Shown here: in pieces, positions 38,314-59,635 of the stretch
Numbering within the stretch: the first letter of the stretch is position 1
Layout of the letters: each line of letters opens with the position of its first letter
NCBI GenBank assembly: GCA_964016885.1
Contig: OZ024743.1
Span: 127,534,001 to 127,598,000, forward strand
Direction: 5' to 3'
DNA from: Eledone cirrhosa
Lineage: Eukaryota
Length of the DNA stretch: 64,000 bases
Translations under genes and position numbers: made by a program
Notes under the pieces: generated by a model
What the model saw: only the letters and a program-made list of their open reading frames with translations
Databases searched by the model: none
What the model was told of the DNA's origin: nothing

Positions 38314-38655
38314 TGTATATATCATCATCATCATCATCATCACCGTTTTACGTCCGTTCTTCCACGCTAGCATGGGTTAGACGGGTTGTCCTGTTGTGGG
38401 CAGTGTCTGGTCGGCTGACCATGCCTTGCTCATACAGGAACTGATCTGGCTTGATTTCTACAGCTGAATGCCCTTCCTAACACCAACCTCATTTACAGTG
38501 AGTGCTGGGTGCTTTTTCGTGGCGCCTACACGTCCACTTTACAGTGTGGGCTGGGTGCTTTTTTGCCGTGGCACCTCCACGACCACCTTGCGGTGGGGGG
38601 CATATTGTTTATATGCTTCAGCATGTACCCATGGGAGGTCAGGTACCCTGTATTA
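37590..38655. mobile_element. cluster of RTE 3' ends and a SINE in both orientations
   Basis: 37590-38000 + (subfamily B UTR), 38000-38265 - (SINE), 38320-38655 - (subfamily A UTR); (GAT)/(CAT) tails. Confidence 0.8.
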
Positions 38656-38894
38656 TATATATATACATATATATATAACTGCTCTGTAAAACAACTGATG
38701 TTATTACATTGAGCTATTTATCTTACTGGTAATAGGATAGTAATTAATGACTATCTTTCACTATTTAAGGTTTGTATATATAATATATTACCATCAATGG
38801 TTTTATTACATACATAACCATAAATAGTACCCTTAATACTATATATATATGTATATATATATGTATATATACACATATATATATATATGTATAT

Positions 38895-39980
38895 ACTCTT
38901 TTACCTGTTTCAGCCATCCGGCTGAGGCCATGCTGGGGCACCACCCTTGTTGCTACACATTTTATCTCCAGCCTGTATAGGTTGGCCACTGGTGTAAGAG
39001 GAAGTTTGTTGCTGCTGCCCTTAGGTTTCCCTCGTGCCTTGCTGTGGGCTCATCCGTGATCCTGGATAACAAGGTGTCGAGATGTTTCTTGAAGACATCC
39101 ACCTCCACATCATGCAAATCTCTCAGATCCCTCGGCAGCTTGTTGAAGAGTTGAGGGCCCTTGAATCCCAGGCTATTGCAATACCTGCTCCTTATTCTAG
39201 ATGTGGAAGACGGGACCTTTGGCACCACACAGTGACGTCCTGTTCGACGGTTGGTCCAGCTCCCAATGCCAAAGTTTGGTGCTAGTCCCTCCAGGATTTT
39301 CCACATGTAGATCACTGCGTATCTCTCCTGTCTTCGTTCCAAGGAGTAGAGGTTCAGTTCCTTTAGCCTCTCCCAGTAGCTTGCCTCCTTCATCGTGGCA
39401 ATCCTCTTGGTGTAGCTTCGCTGGATTGCCTCAAGCTCCGTGGTTTAGTTTGGCACTATGGGGTGACCACAACTGGGAGCAGTAGTCCAGGTGGCTTAGG
39501 ACAAATGTCCTCCATAGTGTCAACATGGTGGCTCGGTCTCTTGTCCGGAAAGTCCTCAAGATCCAGCCAGCGAGTCGTCTGCACATTGTCGCCACTTTCA
39601 TGATGTGTGAGGAAAAAGATACATCATCGCTCATGTCTATGCCCACGTCTCGTATCGATTTTGACACAGGGATATCGGTCCCTCCTGGTCCTATGTAGTT
39701 GTGTTGTACTATATTTGTGTTTGCAGGTTTGTATTGTAGGGCTTGGAATTTGCCAGCATTAAACTGCATGTTGTTTTCTTCCGCCCATTTGTATATGGCA
39801 TCCAGATCTTGTTGTAAAAGGGCAGCGTCAGCCAGGTTTTTGATTGCCTGTGCTACCTTAGTGTCATCAGCATAGCTAGTAGGGGATGTTGTTGTATGTA
39901 CTACAGAGGGCATTTCTGAGAGAGCCACCAAAAACAGTAGTGGTCCCAGGACTGTCCCCTGGGGCACCCCACTTGTTATT
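38895..39980 (-). mobile_element. CR1-group LINE 3' fragment (second family)
   Basis: [55 protein letters not shown]; 3' tail GGTGCCCCAGCATGGCC...GAAACAGGTAAAAGAGTA. Confidence 0.88.
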
Positions 39981-40038
39981 GGTGTTTCCTTTGAGAGGGC
40001 CCCATTTGCTGCAACTGTCTGGCTTGTCCTTTACATAC

Positions 40039-40070
<32 letters not shown>

Positions 40071-40083
40071 GTATATACATATA

Positions 40084-40126
<43 letters not shown>

Positions 40127-40340
40127 GTATATATATATACAAGAAAATTATAAACGTAAACATGTAAGTATGTTTTTGAAACGGTGCACGCGTTTGAAAT
40201 TAGAAATTATAAGCTTTCACCGTATTTTAGACTAAAGAAATTTCTAGCCTGATAGTGCGGTTTAGAACCCTCGGAGGAATGGAAAAAGATGAGTATTGAC
40301 GTACATGAGAGTCGAACCCACATCTTTGGTTATATATATG

Positions 40341-40387
<47 letters not shown>

Positions 40388-40526
40388 CTATATATATATA
40401 TGTATATATATATGTATATATATATATGTATATATATATATCATCATCATCATCATCATCATTTAACGTCCATCTTCCATGCTAGCATGGGTCATATATA
40501 TATATATACATATATATATGGGTCAC

Positions 40527-40591
<65 letters not shown>

Positions 40592-40801
40592 CATACATAC
40601 ATACAATAGACAATTATTAAATATATAAATAAATAAATAAATGCCATTGTTAATTAATAAATAAATCAACTAATACCTTAACACTTCACACAATGTAAAA
40701 TATTTTGTTTTAATCATTTTCTAACCCAGAAAAAAGAGAGAAATAAATAAAAAGGGAAAAAAATATATTTTTGTTCCTAATAATTGTCTTTTTCTCCCTG
40801 T

Positions 40802-40849
<48 letters not shown>

Positions 40850-40850
<1 letters not shown>

Positions 40851-41055
40851 GAAGGAAATGTGGTAAGGAACCAGATGGACCATAACGCACCAAAGTACTC
40901 AATACTTAGTGTAGTAGAGTGGGTAATAGGAACGAGTAGGACCCCGACAGCTGAGCTCAAGCCGTTTCGACGGCTAATTCTGGACTAAATTAGTTAGTCC
41001 AGAATTACCCGTTGAAACGGCTTGAGCTCAGCCGTCGGGGTCCTACTCGTTCCTA

Positions 41056-41056
<1 letters not shown>
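40850..41056. repeat. hairpin-plus-tail repeat element, copy 1 (63-bp inverted arms)
   Basis: Arms 40926-40988 and 40994-41056 with a 5-nt loop; tail 40850-40925 is homologous to 62936-62988; flanked by (TA)n on both sides. Confidence 0.8.
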
Positions 41057-47905
<6,849 letters not shown>

Positions 47906-48084
47906 GGGTTTGGACGATATTTGTTCGCAATTTTCAACTGCTAATTTTATGCAATTTCTTTTACTTCCGTTGTCACTCTTGTCTTCATAAAAACAGTGAC
48001 TATATTTCCATTATTTATTTTCAGAATAATTGATTATGAATAATTTTGAACCTCCAAATTTGTGGAAGAGACACAGAGTTCTTC

Positions 48085-48545
48085 TTGGAATCCGCGCTGG
48101 GAGGATTTCTCATCAGTTCTGCATAAATGTTCTCCTTGTCACTAATCTTTGATATTATATTGGCATCTGCTGGGCAGCTAACTTCCACTACTGTGCATGC
48201 TTTCTTCTCCCTGTCCCATATCATAATATCTGGTCTGTTATACCTGCATTTTATTGGGGATTTTAATGGAACATTCCACCAGTACTCTTTCATATTATGT
48301 ACATGTATGTCTTCCACATTGTTGTAGCTTTTAATGTGTTTATTATCGGGGCTATCTTTTTTACGAACTGCATTGTACAGTGTTTTGGCCACTACATCAT
48401 GCCTCATAGGTAGATAGTACCGTGATGACATCTTTGGACAGCTGCTGATGACATGGGTGATATCCTCGATGTTAGTTCTGCAGAGTCTGCACTTGCTATC
48501 ACATCTAGGTGTTTTGCCTGCATCCCTATCTCTTTTGTGAATCTG
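48085..48545 (-). mobile_element. R4/Dong-like (RLE) non-LTR retrotransposon fragment
   Basis: CRLC....EDITHVISSC knuckle, RHDVVAK, NRPDIMIWD..K...VVEVSCP restriction-like endonuclease. A further C-terminal remnant (GTARILKTVL) lies at ~51180-51300 +. Confidence 0.82.
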
Positions 48546-48599
48546 TATATGCACACATATGTAATATGTATGTATGTATGTATGTAAAAGGTAAGCAAA

Positions 48600-49910
48600 T
48601 AACAACACAATTGGTACAGTATATGGAAGGGATATATTAGATTAACGCTTGATATAACAGGAAGAGGGTCTTAACGTTTCGGACGTTAGTCCTTCGTCGG
48701 AAGAAAGAATGAGCAATAAGATAGATTGAGGGGATGGGCGGGTTGGAATTGGAAAAAATGTCTTTAGATAAAAATAACAGGTCCATTCATGTTGACATCT
48801 CTTGCAAAACTGTTGGTGCTGGCGTTTTGTGTATGATTTATTTTTTTAGAAAAGTGGATGATGGAGCACGTCTACCTGAAGTGGAAAAAAAAAATCGTTT
48901 TGTAAAAAGAGCTATACTTGTGCACGTGTGCGTGTGTGTTATTATACGTCAGTACGAAGCTAAGAAGAAATGTGTGTGTATATGTGAGTAAAAGAGTGTG
49001 TGTGCATGTAAGTACGAAGCTATGAGCAAAAGTATGTTAATATAAAGGTGTGTATGTGTGTTTACAGAGCAGTGAAGGGAAAAGTGGAGTGAACATATTT
49101 AGTCAGCCTGTATTAGTTGTAAGAGAAGACGTTAATGATCAAGAGAAAGTGATAGGAATCTAGGCGTGTGGTAATGGACGGGGTATTAGAGAAATTGGGG
49201 AGGTGAGTGCAAGAGGGGAATAGGACCCAAGGTGGTGAATCAGACTTTGTTCAGTCCTGGTGCATGAGGCCTGTCAGTCATGGTGCGCGAGGCCTGTGAT
49301 CCATGATGTAAAAGGACACCCAGGACTGAAACATATAGGGAAGAATGACCAGGAGAACAGAATTGATGAGTGACAGGAGTATCCAAACCGAGTCATATGT
49401 CCCTCAAATGCTTGGCAAAACGGTCCACCATACGGCGTCCTATTTGTCCGATATATAAAGACCTGCCAAGAGAACATCGGAGTGCATAGACAATGTGGGT
49501 GGTTGTGCAGGTGAACGAGTGGCGGATATGGAAAGACCCGTTAGGGCCTGTAAGAGTGGTGAGGGTGGAAATGAAGGGACAAGTGTTGCAGTGGGAACAA
49601 GGACGAGAGCCGGGTGGAGTCGTGGTAGAAGACGAGAAGGAACTGCAAACCAGGAGGTTGTGGGTGCGCTTAAAAGCAGTAATGGGTGGGTTTGGAAAAA
49701 AGCGAGAAGTGACGTGGTGAGAAGAGAGGATGCGGAAGGAACGGAGGATATGTCGCCAAAGTGGTAGGGTGATGAGGTGGTAGGTGAGAGGGAAAGGAAC
49801 GTGGGTGTTGGGAGGGCGGGGGTGAGGTGAGAGGGCTGTGGTGCAGTCTGTTTCATGGGCGCGAATGAGAGCAGCTTGGATCAGGGTGGGGGATATCCAA
49901 GCTGAAGCAG
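48600..49910 (-). mobile_element. Penelope-like element (Neptune-type) 3' fragment
   Basis: PPITAFKR..NL, PGSRPC..CNTC, FTCTTTHIVYALRC...LYIGQ.GR...RF.KH GIY-YIG; downstream hammerhead motif. Confidence 0.82.
48669..48704 (-). ncRNA. minimal type I hammerhead ribozyme motif
   Basis: Minus strand TCTT-CCGACGA-A-GGAC taac GTCC-GAAAC-GTT-AAGA; palindromic, loop-less stem III. Confidence 0.6.
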
Positions 49911-50039
49911 GAAGCCATGCGAAGCATAAGCTATTATTTTTTTTTTTTAATATTACATACAGGGAGATAGCTTTATGTAACATTCGCTTTGCTTTGAATG
50001 TCTTAGGAGAATGATGAAGTAAGGACCAATTAGAATACT

Positions 50040-51042
50040 GGATTAATATTAAGATGCATTACCATATATGCTTGAATATAACCTGAGGAAAAAGAAGTGA
50101 CCAAAAGATCGATGGTAAAATGGGGATCGACTTATATTCAGGGTCAATATTTTCACCAACTTCCAATTCTACGTAATTAAGGTGCTCAAATATCTGGAGT
50201 GATTATTTTATAATGAAACACTGTTTTTCTACATCGCTGTTGGTGTTATTTATGTGTTCCCTTGAAAATGTTTTCAACCAATTTTTTTAACTTGTATTTT
50301 TTAATACATAAATATCACATACACTCACATACATGCACACAATTACATACATGCACGCTTTATAATATTTTTTCTTTCAATCTTACTTGATTTTAATTTA
50401 TTGCTCTCGCTCTCTTCCTCCTATCACTCTTGCCCTTCTTTTTCTTGCTTTGCCTCTCCTCTCTCTTACTTGTTTCTCCCTAGTTGTCTTATTCGATCTT
50501 CTGCTTTCAAAGTACTCCTAACATGTGTATGGCCGGAAATAAACTAAAATTCGAGAAACATGTTGAAATAACAATGAAAACTTATTATATAATGGAGTTG
50601 TGAATCAAAAATTATACTCTAAACACTTAAAATATTTTAAACATCAAAATAGTAAAACTCATAAATTCTGTCCAGTGATTCTTTCCTGAGACATTCTAAC
50701 GACATGCAGGAAACCCAGGGGTAGACCCCGAACGAGATGGTTGGATAATATCTATGTGCCGGATCAGTTGGAGACAGTTCTTTCTGACAGGACCTACTGG
50801 AAGCAGTCTTTGAGGACTCTTCCCCACGGCCCTCTCGGGAATAAGTGGGTGAAGAAGAAATTAGTAAAACTTCATAAATATATTTTATACTCATGAGAAT
50901 TTCAAAACCATGCCATCTAAACATAATGTGTTGATGAGTTGCCTCGGCTTATAAACAGAGTTTGTATTTTTGTTCATTTCTCAGACATAAAATTGGGGAT
51001 CAGCTTATAATTGGATCCACTTATATTCGAGTATATACGGTA
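50040..51042. mobile_element. pogo/Tigger-like non-autonomous remnant with inserted sequence
   Basis: 3' end CTTATATTCGAGTATATACGG|TA and a decayed 5' TA|CCATATATGCTTGAATATAA at ~50061; repeated subterminal CTTATA motifs. Confidence 0.45.
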
Positions 51043-52313
51043 TGTGCTTGTTTCTTTTCGTGACAGGACTGGGGCCCCTACCCTTAAAACACTTGAGAAA
51101 TCTTGTATGAGTTGTTAGATGTAACTGTAACAATAGTTGCAAGAGTGTGGAGTATAAAAGAAGGTTGAAAGTTGTGATAGTAGGTAGGGGCACTTTTGGT
51201 ACAATCATGAAAAATCATTAAATTGGGATCGAAATTTGAGCAAATCTATTACAAAAGGTTATATTAGGAACTGCAAGGATCCTAAAAACAGTGCTAGAAA
51301 ATTGGATTGTTGTAAAAATACAAGGATGCATTGGATGATGTAATCATAGTTATATAATGACCAAGAAAGGGGCAGCATGGCAACTGCTGGATTTCTTTTG
51401 ATCTTAAGTATGTTCAGTCAGGCTAAACAACAACTGTCTTATGTTTGTGTGAATATAATTATGTTTAATAGTAGTAATACTAAATACTTTCATTGTTTGA
51501 GTTTCCATCAACATAAATGTCTGTGTTGGTTATGGGATGTTCTACACTAGTGGTATTCCTCTTTTACATTACCAAGGATCTTTTTTATTTAAATGAATTT
51601 TCCCATAGACCCCTAGGCTTTTGAAAGTTTTTCTATTTAACAAGCTGGCTTTATTAGCTGACAATAAACCTGTTTTTTTTTTCTTCATCTTAGTTGAAAA
51701 GTATGTGTAACTGGATATGCAGTTAAATAATTGGAAGTATTTACCCTTTTGATACTAAACAACTTGGAATTGACAATAGTTCTGTGATATGAAACTGTTT
51801 ATCTTGAAGTATTTATATTTGTTTGAAAACCTTCCATTATAATTTTATGTAAGAACCTTTGTTAAGATATGTTTCAAACACCAACTTAATAATAAGAAAG
51901 CTAGTTATATTATAAAATCGTTACTAATTCTTGATTATTTGAAAATTATTTGAAAATCATAGGCAGTGCCTTTCATTAGAAATATGGTAATTAAAGGGTT
52001 AAACAAAAACAATCTTGTTTAATGAGATGGTTGATGTTGCATTGTTGATTCTATGTTCTAAAGTTCAAGTTCAAAGATTGATATTTTAAAGTCTAGATCA
52101 CATTCTAAAAAGTGTTTCAAACTATTTGTATAGGTTTTGGAAAAGATTTTGACACTTTTTAAAGTTTATTTTGTCAGCATTATCATGAGTACATACATTC
52201 TACACTGCAGCTGCTTGAAATTTTTAGCTCACAGTATTACTTTTTGGTTCCCTTGGGAATTCTGAACCACAGGTTGGTAATTATTATTCTAAATTCAGCT
52301 TCTGCCTATTATT

Positions 52314-52383
52314 GTACATAGGTTCAGTGGTAGAATGCTTGCCTGGTATGCAGGCAGACCAGCTGTGATTCCTTGGTGATGCA
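52314..52383 (+). pseudogene. tRNA-Gly(GCC)-derived pseudogene
   Basis: GGTTCAGTGGTAGAATGCTTGCCTG..ATGCAGGC...GATTCC..GG.GATGCA follows invertebrate tRNA-Gly-GCC, but the anticodon, T loop and acceptor stem are mutated. Confidence 0.6.
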
Positions 52384-53378
52384 CAATTTGATATTACTGT
52401 ATAGAAATATTGTTTTTCTAGCTGTCCAAAGAGGATATTTTGTGTGACCTTCCATCATTGACCATTTATAGGAGTTGCAACCAAAAGTCAGCAATGGAAA
52501 GACAAACGGAAACATTTTTCCTTTAATCTGGTCTGACAATTGGCTTCTTTTCTTTTTGATTTGTTATAATCAGTTCATGTTTCTGTATTTCTTCCTCTGT
52601 TATAATTCTCATTCGACTGCAATATGCTGTTATATATTATTCTCAGGCTATGGAAATATACTGTTATATGTAATTCTCACCCAACTGAAATATATTGTCA
52701 ACTATGCAACTTATTTTGTAGCTAAAATGTTCCCAGATAAAGTTTAATTTTTCTTAACACCACTTTTTCTCTTCTTTCACTTTCTTTACTCTTTTTGCAA
52801 CCATATTGCTGTCTATGTGTTTCAGTTAATTTTAAAACTGCTTAAGAATTTGGAAGAATTTGAAAGAAAATAATTCACATTTTCATTAAGCTGCTTTATA
52901 GTATTTGTTCTATCTTTTTATACTGAGTTATAATCCTGTCAAAACCAACTTTGTATTTCATCCTTCTGAGGTCAACAAAATAAAGTATAAGTCAAATACT
53001 GGGGTTGATTTAATTGCCCTTTTTCTCTCAATTGCTAGCACAGTGCCTAAATTAGAAATCATTCTTAACCCTTTTGTTATATTTCAAATGAAATACATTG
53101 AATGGGAGGGATTTACTTAAATTAGTAATTATTTTGGTATTATTTATGATATAATAGTGAAGGCGTGTTGCTGATTGCTTAGAGAACTGGATTCACAATC
53201 GTGAGGTTATTAGTTTGATTCCTGGACCAGGCGATGCGTTATGTCCTTGAGGAAGACACTTTATTTCATGTTGCTCCTTCTACCTGGAGTTGTGACCGAT
53301 AGATAGTATTAGCAATTGGAAAGACCATCAGAAACATTGTTTCCTTGGTCCAATTTGACGAAAGTCAATTCGACTTAT

Positions 53379-56300
53379 ATCATCATCACCGTTTTACGTC
53401 CGTTCTTCCATGCTAGCATGGGTTAGATGGGCTGTCCTGTTGTGGGCAGTGTCTGGTCGGCTGACCATGCTTTGCTCATACAGGAACTGATTTTGGCTTG
53501 ATTTCTACAGCTGGATGCCCTTCCTTACACCAACCTCATTTACAGTGAGTGCTGGGTGCTTTTTCCGTGGAGCCTACACATCCACTTTACAGTGTGGGCT
53601 GGGTGCTTTTTTGCCGTGGCACCTCCACGACCACCTTGCAGTGGGAGGGTGTGGGGGCATATTATCTATATGCTTCAGCTTGTACACATGGGAGGTCGGG
53701 TACTCTGTATTACTGCGTGACGCCAGAGGTCACGGTCGTGTGTCATCGCCTTTGAGAGGTGTAATTGGGTAAGGTCGGCTTTTATCACCTCATCCCAGGT
53801 CTTCTTGGGTCTCCCCACACCGCGGTTTCCATTGACTTCTAGTGCTCTGCACTTTTTTACGCAGCTGTCATCCTTCATACGCATCACATGTCCATACCAA
53901 CGCAACCGCCTCTCCTGCACACAGCATTTGATTCCTCTTATGCTCAGTCTCTCTCTCAATTCATTTATGCTTTGTCGTTCGCGTATATTACTGTTACACA
54001 TCCATCGGAGCATGCAGGCTTTGTTTCTTTCTAATCTACGTAAGTCTTCCACCTTCAGCGCCCAGGTCTCACTACCATGTAACATTGCTGTTCGGATACA
54101 CGCATCATACAGTCTGCCTTTCATTTTGAGGGAGAAGCCTTTTGCAGTTAGCAGTGGCAGTAATTCCCTGAACTTCTTCCATCCCGTTCTTACCCTAGTT
54201 ATTGTACTTTCTGAACACCCACCTCCGCTGCTAATTCGGTCACCTAGGTAGCAGAAGCTGTCTACTGTTTCTACAGAGCCCTGCCAGAGATTGGTGGTAC
54301 TTGTTTCCTGTGGCTGTTTGCTGCTTGCTGTCCCAGCACAGCTGCAGCATGTGAAGCCTACATTCTTAATTAAGCTTCCTGAGATCCCGCTACATCTCTT
54401 GTGTACCCATTGTTTGCATTTGGGGCAGAGAATGGAGTTCCTACCTACACCTTTCCTACATACTGAGCAAGGCCATTTCCCTGAGGGGCTCTGGGTTCTG
54501 TTTTCTCGTCTACTTACAAGGACCTTAGTCTTTGTCATGTTGACTTTGAGACCCTTTCTTTCTAGTCCCTGCTTCCAAGTTTGGAATTTCTTCTCTAGTT
54601 CTACCATAGATTCAGCTATAAGTGCGAGGTCATCAGCATACAGGAGTTCCCATGGGCATCCGGTCTTAAACTCCTCCATTATTGCCTGCAGGACTATGAT
54701 GAACAGGAGACTGGTGGACCCCAACCTGTATGCTAAATTCCTCGCTATACTCATTGCTAATCCTAACTTTGCTGACTGCTCCCCTATACATGGCTTGTAC
54801 AGCTTTCACAAGCCATTCATCTACTCCTAGTTTTCTAAGAGCCCACCAGATTACAGCATGTGGAACTCTGTCAAAGGCTTTCTTGAGATCGACAAATGCC
54901 AGGTAGAGTGGCTTACTTTTAGCTAGGTACTTTTCCTGTAACTGCCTCACAAGGAAGAGGGCATCAGTGGTGCCTCTTCCTGGTACAAACCCAAATTGCA
55001 TCTCATCTATTTTCACCCGGTCCCTAATCAACTGTGCAATAACTCTTTCTGTTACTTTCATGACCTGGTCCATCAGCTTTATACCTCTATAGTTTCCTCT
55101 ATCGAGTATATCACCTTTACCTTTGTAGCAGTTGACAATGATGCTACTGCACCAATCTTTTGGTATGGCACCTTCTAATATTACCTGGTTAACAATATGT
55201 GTGGTTATAGTGTGACCTACAGACCCAGATGCCTTCAGCATCTCGGCAACTATACCCGATGGACCGGTTGCCTTCTCCATCTTCATATCTTTGATTGCCT
55301 TACTTACTACGCTGCTGCTGACTTGTACTGCTGGCCCCTCTATAGGGTCTACTTGGGGTAGGGTCTCTTCTTCCCATGCATTCTCCTCATTTAGTAATCT
55401 ATCATAATGGTTCTTCCATGCATCTTTCTTCTCAGCACTTGTGAGAGCAAGCTCACCTTTATCATTCCGGATACACTTCTCTCCAATGACATCACAATTC
55501 TCTCTGACACACTGCCTCGCAATCTTGAACACCTCCTGTTTCTGGTCCTCATGTTGCAAAACATGCTTGAATTTTCTATCCTCTGCTTCCCTCCTAGCTA
55601 AGTATACTTGTCACCTAGCTTCCCTCTTGGTCTCTATGTAATGTACCCTGCTTCCCCCGTTCTTCCATTCTTTCCATGCCCGTCTCTTGGCCTTAACTGC
55701 CTCATCTACCTTATTGTTCCACCACCAAGTCACTCACCTCCTGCTTGTGGTCTTACTCCAGCCACAGACCTCATCCGTCGCCTCTAGTAAGTTATTTTTT
55801 AGGAACTCCCAGTGCTCTTCTACATGGAATGTCTCTATCTGTTCTTCTTTACTGTCATAGGCATTGAGTAAAATATCTTTAAATCTGTTACTGGCTGAGG
55901 GGTCTTTCAGCTTCCAGATCTTTCTTCTCCAGGTTGGCCTCTGTTTCCAGGTTTGTCTAGTTCTGACCGTGAGGTCGCTGACAACTAAGCTATGTTGGGA
56001 GGTACATTCCTCACTAGGGTAGGCTTTTGTGTTTACGACCGTCCATCTGTCACGTCCCTCTGATGAGGATAAAATCTATTTGACTAGAATGCTCCCCTGA
56101 TCTATAGGTGATCAGATGGTTGTCGCGTTTTTTAAAGTTTGTGTTCGACATGTCATTGGCGTCGCAGAATTCTAGAAGTCTGAATCCTTCTTCATTTCTT
56201 GTGCCAACCCCGTGGCCTCCATGGACTCTATTGAAGCCGTCATAGTGTTTACCTACGTGTCCGTTAAAATCTCTTGCGATGATTAGGAAGTCATTGTCGT

Positions 56301-56615
56301 TTGTTAGAGCAGTAGTGTGCATTAGGGACTCGTAAAATCTATCCTTAAGTTCGTCTGGCAACCCCGATTGGGGTGCGTAAGCTGATATTATTGTGGTAAT
56401 TGTTTTATTCAGGACTAGTCTGAGTTTAATGATTCTTGCATTTACCCTGTAGACTGAGATTACTTTATCTACCCATTTGTCAGCTAGTAGTATACTTACA
56501 CCACCCATCCCATCGTCATTTCCCACCCAGAAAAATTTGTAGCACTGACTTTTTCCTACAAGGTCTCTAGCAGACTCTTCTCTCCATCTAGTCTATTGCA
56601 CACAGCATACATCAA
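53379..56615 (-). mobile_element. RTE subfamily A LINE, nearly full length, disrupted
   Basis: APE endonuclease (ISAYAPQ, DFNGHVG, SQIDFIL), RT with a small deletion/frameshift at GVHQ (~54710), PHD-like finger, 3' UTR and (GAT)n tail. Confidence 0.94.
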
Positions 56616-57389
56616 AAAGGTTCTTATATAAAATAATTGTTTCTACTTTTGGCACAAGGCCAGCAATTAACCAGTACATTACTGGTACTTTATTTTATCG
56701 ACCCCGTAAGAATGAAAGGCAAAGTTAACCTCGGCGGAATTTGAACTCAGAATGGCATATAAAATAATGGGAAGTTTTTAATTTAGCTAGGAACACTTTA
56801 AAATGGGTAATTTTGCTTCACAGATCCTGAATCATTTTGGATGGGTTTGTATCAAAAGAGTTAACACAACAAAATATTGTATAAATTTACATTGCGATGG
56901 TGGTGTTAATTTAGATATAATTTTAAATGCAAAGATTGTCACAGAAGGGGTGGTTTCAGGTAGATCAGTATCAAAAGTTATGTCCCTTTATATTCCAAAG
57001 TTGACCTTACATTTTTGTCTTCCCTGGGTTGGAAAAAATAGTTCCTAGTGTCTTATGATTCAGTAAGTCAAGTATATCTTTCACCAACATTTGTGGTCTT
57101 GTGCCTATTTAAAAAATTATAATATTGAAAATAGACATTTTTCAAATCTTAGGTGCAAGCATGACTATGGTTAGGAATTTAAATTCCTCTTTGACCTTTC
57201 TATCCTTATCCTTTGTGTCCTTAAGTAATCTACTGCAGAAACTATCTATCAGAAAATTAACCTTGGATACCCCTTTTTCACAACTTCTCATCAAATCCTT
57301 TAGCTTGCACTTGTAACAGACCCTAAGCAACACAAAACATTGGTAAAAATCTCCGGATCTATAGAGTTTGACCAGTTTCCTCTACCCTT

Positions 57390-57980
57390 ATTCCATAACA
57401 CATTCATCTCTCCTTATTTTTCTTAACTTTCTATTACTGTGACTATATTTCCTTCTTAGCACAGGCTGAGAAAAATAGACATTGGTATCTCTATCTTCCT
57501 TCTTATCAGAGCCTGCTATTCTATCATTCAACCCTAGTCGATTCACACCCCACATAATCTTTATCCAGTAATTCTCCCTAGCAAGTAATTGCTGTTTAGC
57601 CATAGTTCCTTCCACCTCAATCTGGTCAATGATCTGGATTCTACCACAACTGAAACCCTCCCTATGCCACCTAAAGAAAGCCTGCATTCTGCATGTGAGT
57701 GGAATTCGACTGAAGCAGGTGGAGAAGTTCAAGTATCTCAGGCCCATTTTCACAAGTGATGGAAGACGAGGCTGAAAGGAGTGTAAGAATTGCAGGAGCT
57801 GGTACAGAAATATGCCAGCTTCAGCATTGGTCATCAGAAGAAAGGGAGTAGGTGTAAAAGCCAAACTCGCTCTCTTTAATTTGGTATTCATGCAACCCTT
57901 ACCTATGGTCATGAATCTTGGTAATTATTGAAAGAATATGATCGCAAATACAAGTGACTGAAATGTCGTTCCTCCAAATT
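57390..57980. mobile_element. composite of a PLE GIY-YIG C-terminal remnant (-, ~57400-57650) and an old RTE RT fragment (+, ~57670-57980)
   Basis: IQIIDQ...LLARENYWIK......GLND on -, and LKQVEKFKYL on +. Confidence 0.55.
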
Positions 57981-59635
57981 ACAAGTGCAACTCATTTTTT
58001 GCCAGCTGAGTGAACTGAAGCAACATGAAAATAATGTGTCTTGCTTAAGGACACAATAATGCTACTTGCTATTGAACTCAAAATGTTAGGATTGTGAGCC
58101 AAACACCCTCACACACTAAGCCACACACAATATATATATATATACATATTGGACGTTGTTCACATAAATAGTATGATATATTGGTGCTATTAAGTTAAAC
58201 ATGGCCTGGGCCAATACTTTATATATATATATATATATACATATATACATATATATATATCGTATTCCACCTGGTTGCTTTGAGTGTTTCTAAAGAAGAC
58301 AGTCGATTGAACAGGAACTTAGAGACTAGTAATATGTAGTAGTCTAACCACTACTATGTTAGCTGATACATTGATCTTCCACGATCAATTGACCCTCTGA
58401 AACGATCATAAAAACAATGAACTCATTAACTACCTACCTCTAACTTCTGCCATTTTTTTCATTGTTCTATACACATCCACACGCACATATATGTAGCGAA
58501 GTCTATCCACACCTTGACTCCTGGGTGACATTTAACGGTCAAATTTTGGGTTATCTCCTTTTTGGCTTAAACAAGTCTATGCGTGGGTGATTTCTCGAGG
58601 CAGGGGACAGAGGAAGCAACAGATATAAATAGACTGTCTTAGACCAGGCAAAAAGGCAGTTCGGAGCAGTTCCTAATAGAGTAATGATGTAAAACATTTG
58701 CTTTCTACAGACCCCTTGGGGTCACCAATTCTTTCTCTCTCTCTCTCTTGGCCTTACAGACTCTCACCTTCTCTTGCTACAGACTATTTTAGCATAACGA
58801 AATAACAGCAAAAACATTGTCAACCTTTATGACTTGTAGTAATCTATTTTTTGTTCCTTTATTCACTGAAGTGAAGAAAATTTTATATTTAAGCGAAACC
58901 ATTTATTTAGTCGTGTTATTTTACCTCTAACAACATTTACTAACTTTGCTTCTCTTCATATATATATCACATTGTTTATGTGAACAGTGGCCAATATGTT
59001 CAGGCAAGCTAAGCGTCATCCCTATTATTATCCTCTGTCTGGACAGGCCTGTAAAAGTCATAGACATCATCCCTTCTTTCTTGATTTGTTTTCATGGCTT
59101 AGTCAGAAGGACAGACGGTGCCCATGACCCTTTTTCAAAGCCCCTGAGACTGGTGTAAAAATGTTTAAAATAGAAACCTAGACAGAATGCTTGAAACAGA
59201 ATGGAGACTGCTAAAGGTACCCAAGGGCCAAGTGGTATAGAATTTGAACTCATAAAACTCAAAGGGCTTGAACAAATACTGCAAGGCATACTATCTGGTT
59301 CACTTATGGATATTCCTGTCCATTCCCATAAACTAATACTTTATTTATTGACACCAGAATGATGAATTAGCAAAGTTGACCTTGGTGAGATTTGAAATCA
59401 TAATCCAAGAAATCTCATATGAGATGCAGCTTTATAGGAGGCGAGCTAAGTCTATGCAGATGTGAGTCATAACAACAGCAGCAACAAAAACACTACCATA
59501 TAGGCATAAAGAAGAGTATAAGATAAGAACCCAGTTCCTTGAACTGGGGGTACAGCAGCTTAAACACTAACATTTTAATTTCTTAGATTTGACTTCTTTT
59601 GATTTTTGCTTTTAATCTTTACAATTTGTATCCAG

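Noticed and set aside
58493-58934. Possible solo LTR (TGTAGC start, TATAAATA, ...ACA)
   Set aside because: No TSD, no second copy and no internal domain visible.
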